From a virus (lineage: Duplodnaviria > Caudoviricetes), in the IMG/VR virus record IMGVR_UViG_3300025600_000014, positions 1-35,912 of that record: a stretch of DNA of 35,912 bases; one strand, 5' to 3'. Positions 34,144-35,912 of this stretch are shown here, piece after piece. A model generated the notes under the pieces. The model was not told the origin of the DNA. It did no database searches and saw nothing but the letters and a program-made list of their open reading frames with translations. Position 1 is the first letter of the stretch. Each line of letters starts with the position of its first letter. The translations under genes and the position numbers were made by a program.

Positions 34144-34806
34144 ATGGGGCATGTTGCGTGGAATAAGGGGATTCCGATGTCGGAGTCTGTTCGGGCCGCG
34201 CTACTGAAGGCAAATCGTGGTCGTTCGCTTTCAGAGGAACACAAGGCAAAACTGTCTGCGATTAGTAGCGCCGCATCTCCTGAAACTCGCGCAAAGATTT
34301 CTGCGGGCCTGATGGGGCACAAGATGTCTGACGTAAACAAGGCCGCATTATTGAAGTCTCACCTCGGGCTTAAGCAGTCCCCTGAATGGTGCGCTAACAA
34401 GGCCGCGTCAATTACCGGTCCGCTTAGCCACAACTGGAAGGGCGGGGTTACTCCTCAAAAAGAGCTTATTCGGGCAAGCGCCCCTTATGCAAATTGGCGC
34501 ACTGCCGTGTTTGAGCGTGACGATTTCACTTGTGCAATTTGTGGTGAGCGTGGCAAGAAGTTGCAAGCGCATCACATGGACTGCTTTGCAGATTTTCCAG
34601 AAAGACGATTGGACGTGGATAACGGTATCACGTTCTGTGTGGACTGCCACAAACAATTCCATCTTCAGTATGGAACAAGACACAATCGCCGGTGGCAGGC
34701 CGATGAGTTTGTGCTAGAGGCATTGAGCAAGAGTACGTCAGGAGACGTGCAGCCCGGGCCGATAGACGATTTACTCGCAACGTTAGAAGTCTATCAAGTG
34801 ACCTGA
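34144..34806 (+). CDS. NUMOD3-repeat HNH endonuclease (type B)
   Basis: WRTAVFERDDFTCAICG..LQAHH..DNGITFCVDCH. Confidence 0.9.
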   Translation: MGHVAWNKGIPMSESVRAALLKANRGRSLSEEHKAKLSAISSAASPETRAKISAGLMGHKMSDVNKAALLKSHLGLKQSPEWCANKAASITGPLSHNWKGGVTPQKELIRASAPYANWRTAVFERDDFTCAICGERGKKLQAHHMDCFADFPERRLDVDNGITFCVDCHKQFHLQYGTRHNRRWQADEFVLEALSKSTSGDVQPGPIDDLLATLEVYQVT

Positions 34807-34817
34807 GGAGGTCTGAA

Positions 34818-35912
34818 GTGACTGAGCAAGAGAAAGCAATGCAACAGGATATTATCGACGGGGTGGCAGAGAAGCTGGTAAAAGAAGGCTCCTTTGCAAC
34901 TCGTGATCAGCTTCACACTGATTTAATGGACGCCATGAAGTCTGTAACCATTACCCCCGATCTTAGCGCAAACGGGGAACTGACCCCGAAGCAGGAAGCG
35001 GAAGGCAAGGCCGCATGGTACAGACAGTGTCTCGGTAAGGGTCTCCCTTGGGAAGCTAAGGCCTGGACTAGCGCAACATCTGGCGCTGCTGCCGAGCTGA
35101 TTCCGACGGTTGTCGCAAACAGTCTTGTGTTGAAGTTGGACAATACGCCCTTCCGCCGGTCCGTAACGCAGTATCCGTACAGCCCGAAGGGAACGATTCT
35201 GGCAGAATCAACACTGCCGCTGGCCTACCGTATGCTTGCTGGTAAGCCCGTTCCTGAAGCGACCCCGACGCTTTTGCCAATTGAATATTCCACTTCTGGC
35301 ATCATGGCATGGATGGGAATCGACAACGACCTCATTCGCAATGCCACGATTCGCACCATCCCCTATATTGAGGATGCCCTTGTTCGCGCCATTGCTCGCA
35401 GGGAGACCTATGAGTGGACGCTTGGTATTCATGGCGGGGCTACGTTCGAAATGACCGGCATGGTTGGACGCGCGACTGCCGTTGATATGGTTGCAACGCA
35501 TGACACTCTCGCGGAAGTTACCAAAGCCGACCTGCTCAAGTTGTTCTGGTCGCTTGATGGCATGTACGCTGATGGTGGCGTACTGATTGCGCCCAATTCA
35601 TTCCTGGCACAGATCGCTCTTCTGAACGATCCTCTCGTTGCTGGCGGAATGAACTATTTTGACATCGGCACCATGAAGTTCTTCGGTGGAATCGATGTGA
35701 TTCGTATGCCCGAGAGCTGCTTTGACTCACCCGCGGATGGCAAGGTTGCCGCGTACTTTGGTGATCCTAAGGCCTACTACCTCTTTAGCGATGGACCTAT
35801 CCAGATTGCCACGACCGATGTTGGCAAGACTGCGATGACGATGGATCAGACGTATGTTGCCGCGAAGGTCTACACAGACGGCAATCTGATTCAGCCGCTT
35901 TCAATGTATGCA
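34818..35912 (+). CDS. Major capsid protein (HK97 fold), about 371 aa, completed at 100-120 (not in the ORF track)
   Basis: SD GAGGAGG and GTG 34818; the frame is open to the contig end; ELIPTVVAN, IDNDLIRNA..YIEDALVRAIARRE and AYFGDPKAY. Confidence 0.9.
   Translation, partial: MTEQEKAMQQDIIDGVAEKLVKEGSFATRDQLHTDLMDAMKSVTITPDLSANGELTPKQEAEGKAAWYRQCLGKGLPWEAKAWTSATSGAAAELIPTVVANSLVLKLDNTPFRRSVTQYPYSPKGTILAESTLPLAYRMLAGKPVPEATPTLLPIEYSTSGIMAWMGIDNDLIRNATIRTIPYIEDALVRAIARRETYEWTLGIHGGATFEMTGMVGRATAVDMVATHDTLAEVTKADLLKLFWSLDGMYADGGVLIAPNSFLAQIALLNDPLVAGGMNYFDIGTMKFFGGIDVIRMPESCFDSPADGKVAAYFGDPKAYYLFSDGPIQIATTDVGKTAMTMDQTYVAAKVYTDGNLIQPLSMYA
35814..35912. repeat. Terminal overlap (copy 2)
   Basis: Exact 99-bp match to 1-99. 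Confidence 0.97.

Noticed and set aside
364-34806. HNH genes as group I intron- or intein-encoded
   Set aside because: Flanking genes look complete, the HNH ORFs abut or overlap them with no room for a ribozyme core, and I saw no P7/R-S or intein motifs
132-35730. Minus-strand ORFs in the track (e.g. 132-572, 1301-1894, 13018-13473, 15534-16274, 16748-17380, 20902-21477)
   Set aside because: They are antisense shadows of well-supported + strand genes and show no recognisable motifs

Overview
This window is a complete, circularly permuted tailed-phage genome of siphovirus/HK97 type. Bases 1-99 are repeated exactly at 35814-35912, so the unit length is about 35,813 bp and the major capsid gene spans the junction. 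All credible genes lie on the + strand. The late module runs terS, terL, portal-MuF fusion, protease, capsid, neck with adhesin cassette, tail and lysis, followed by a HExxH protein and a metallophosphoesterase. After about 1.5 kb of highly structured non-coding DNA comes the early module: Cro-like HTH, SSB/replication-like protein, adenine methylase, lambda-O-like initiator with internal iterons, NinG-like HNH, 3D-domain protein and AP2 protein. I could not recognise an integrase, DNA polymerase, helicase or canonical tRNA. Four things stand out. (1) Two diverged copies of a stand-alone ~65-aa class III ribonucleotide reductase glycyl-radical domain occur with no NrdD barrel or NrdG. (2) Three sequence-divergent copies of one promoter-proximal three-way-junction RNA have a loop that pairs with a tandemly duplicated downstream target, which is the SD in two cases. 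(3) Hairpins with a CGGCAA loop recur at promoter-proximal and intergenic positions, and there are several other candidate structured RNAs, including a ~390-nt element and a tRNA-like element. (4) Seven free-standing NUMOD3-repeat HNH genes take up about 11% of the genome. All calls come from reading motifs and base pairings by eye; no searches or folding programs were run, and the host is not identified.
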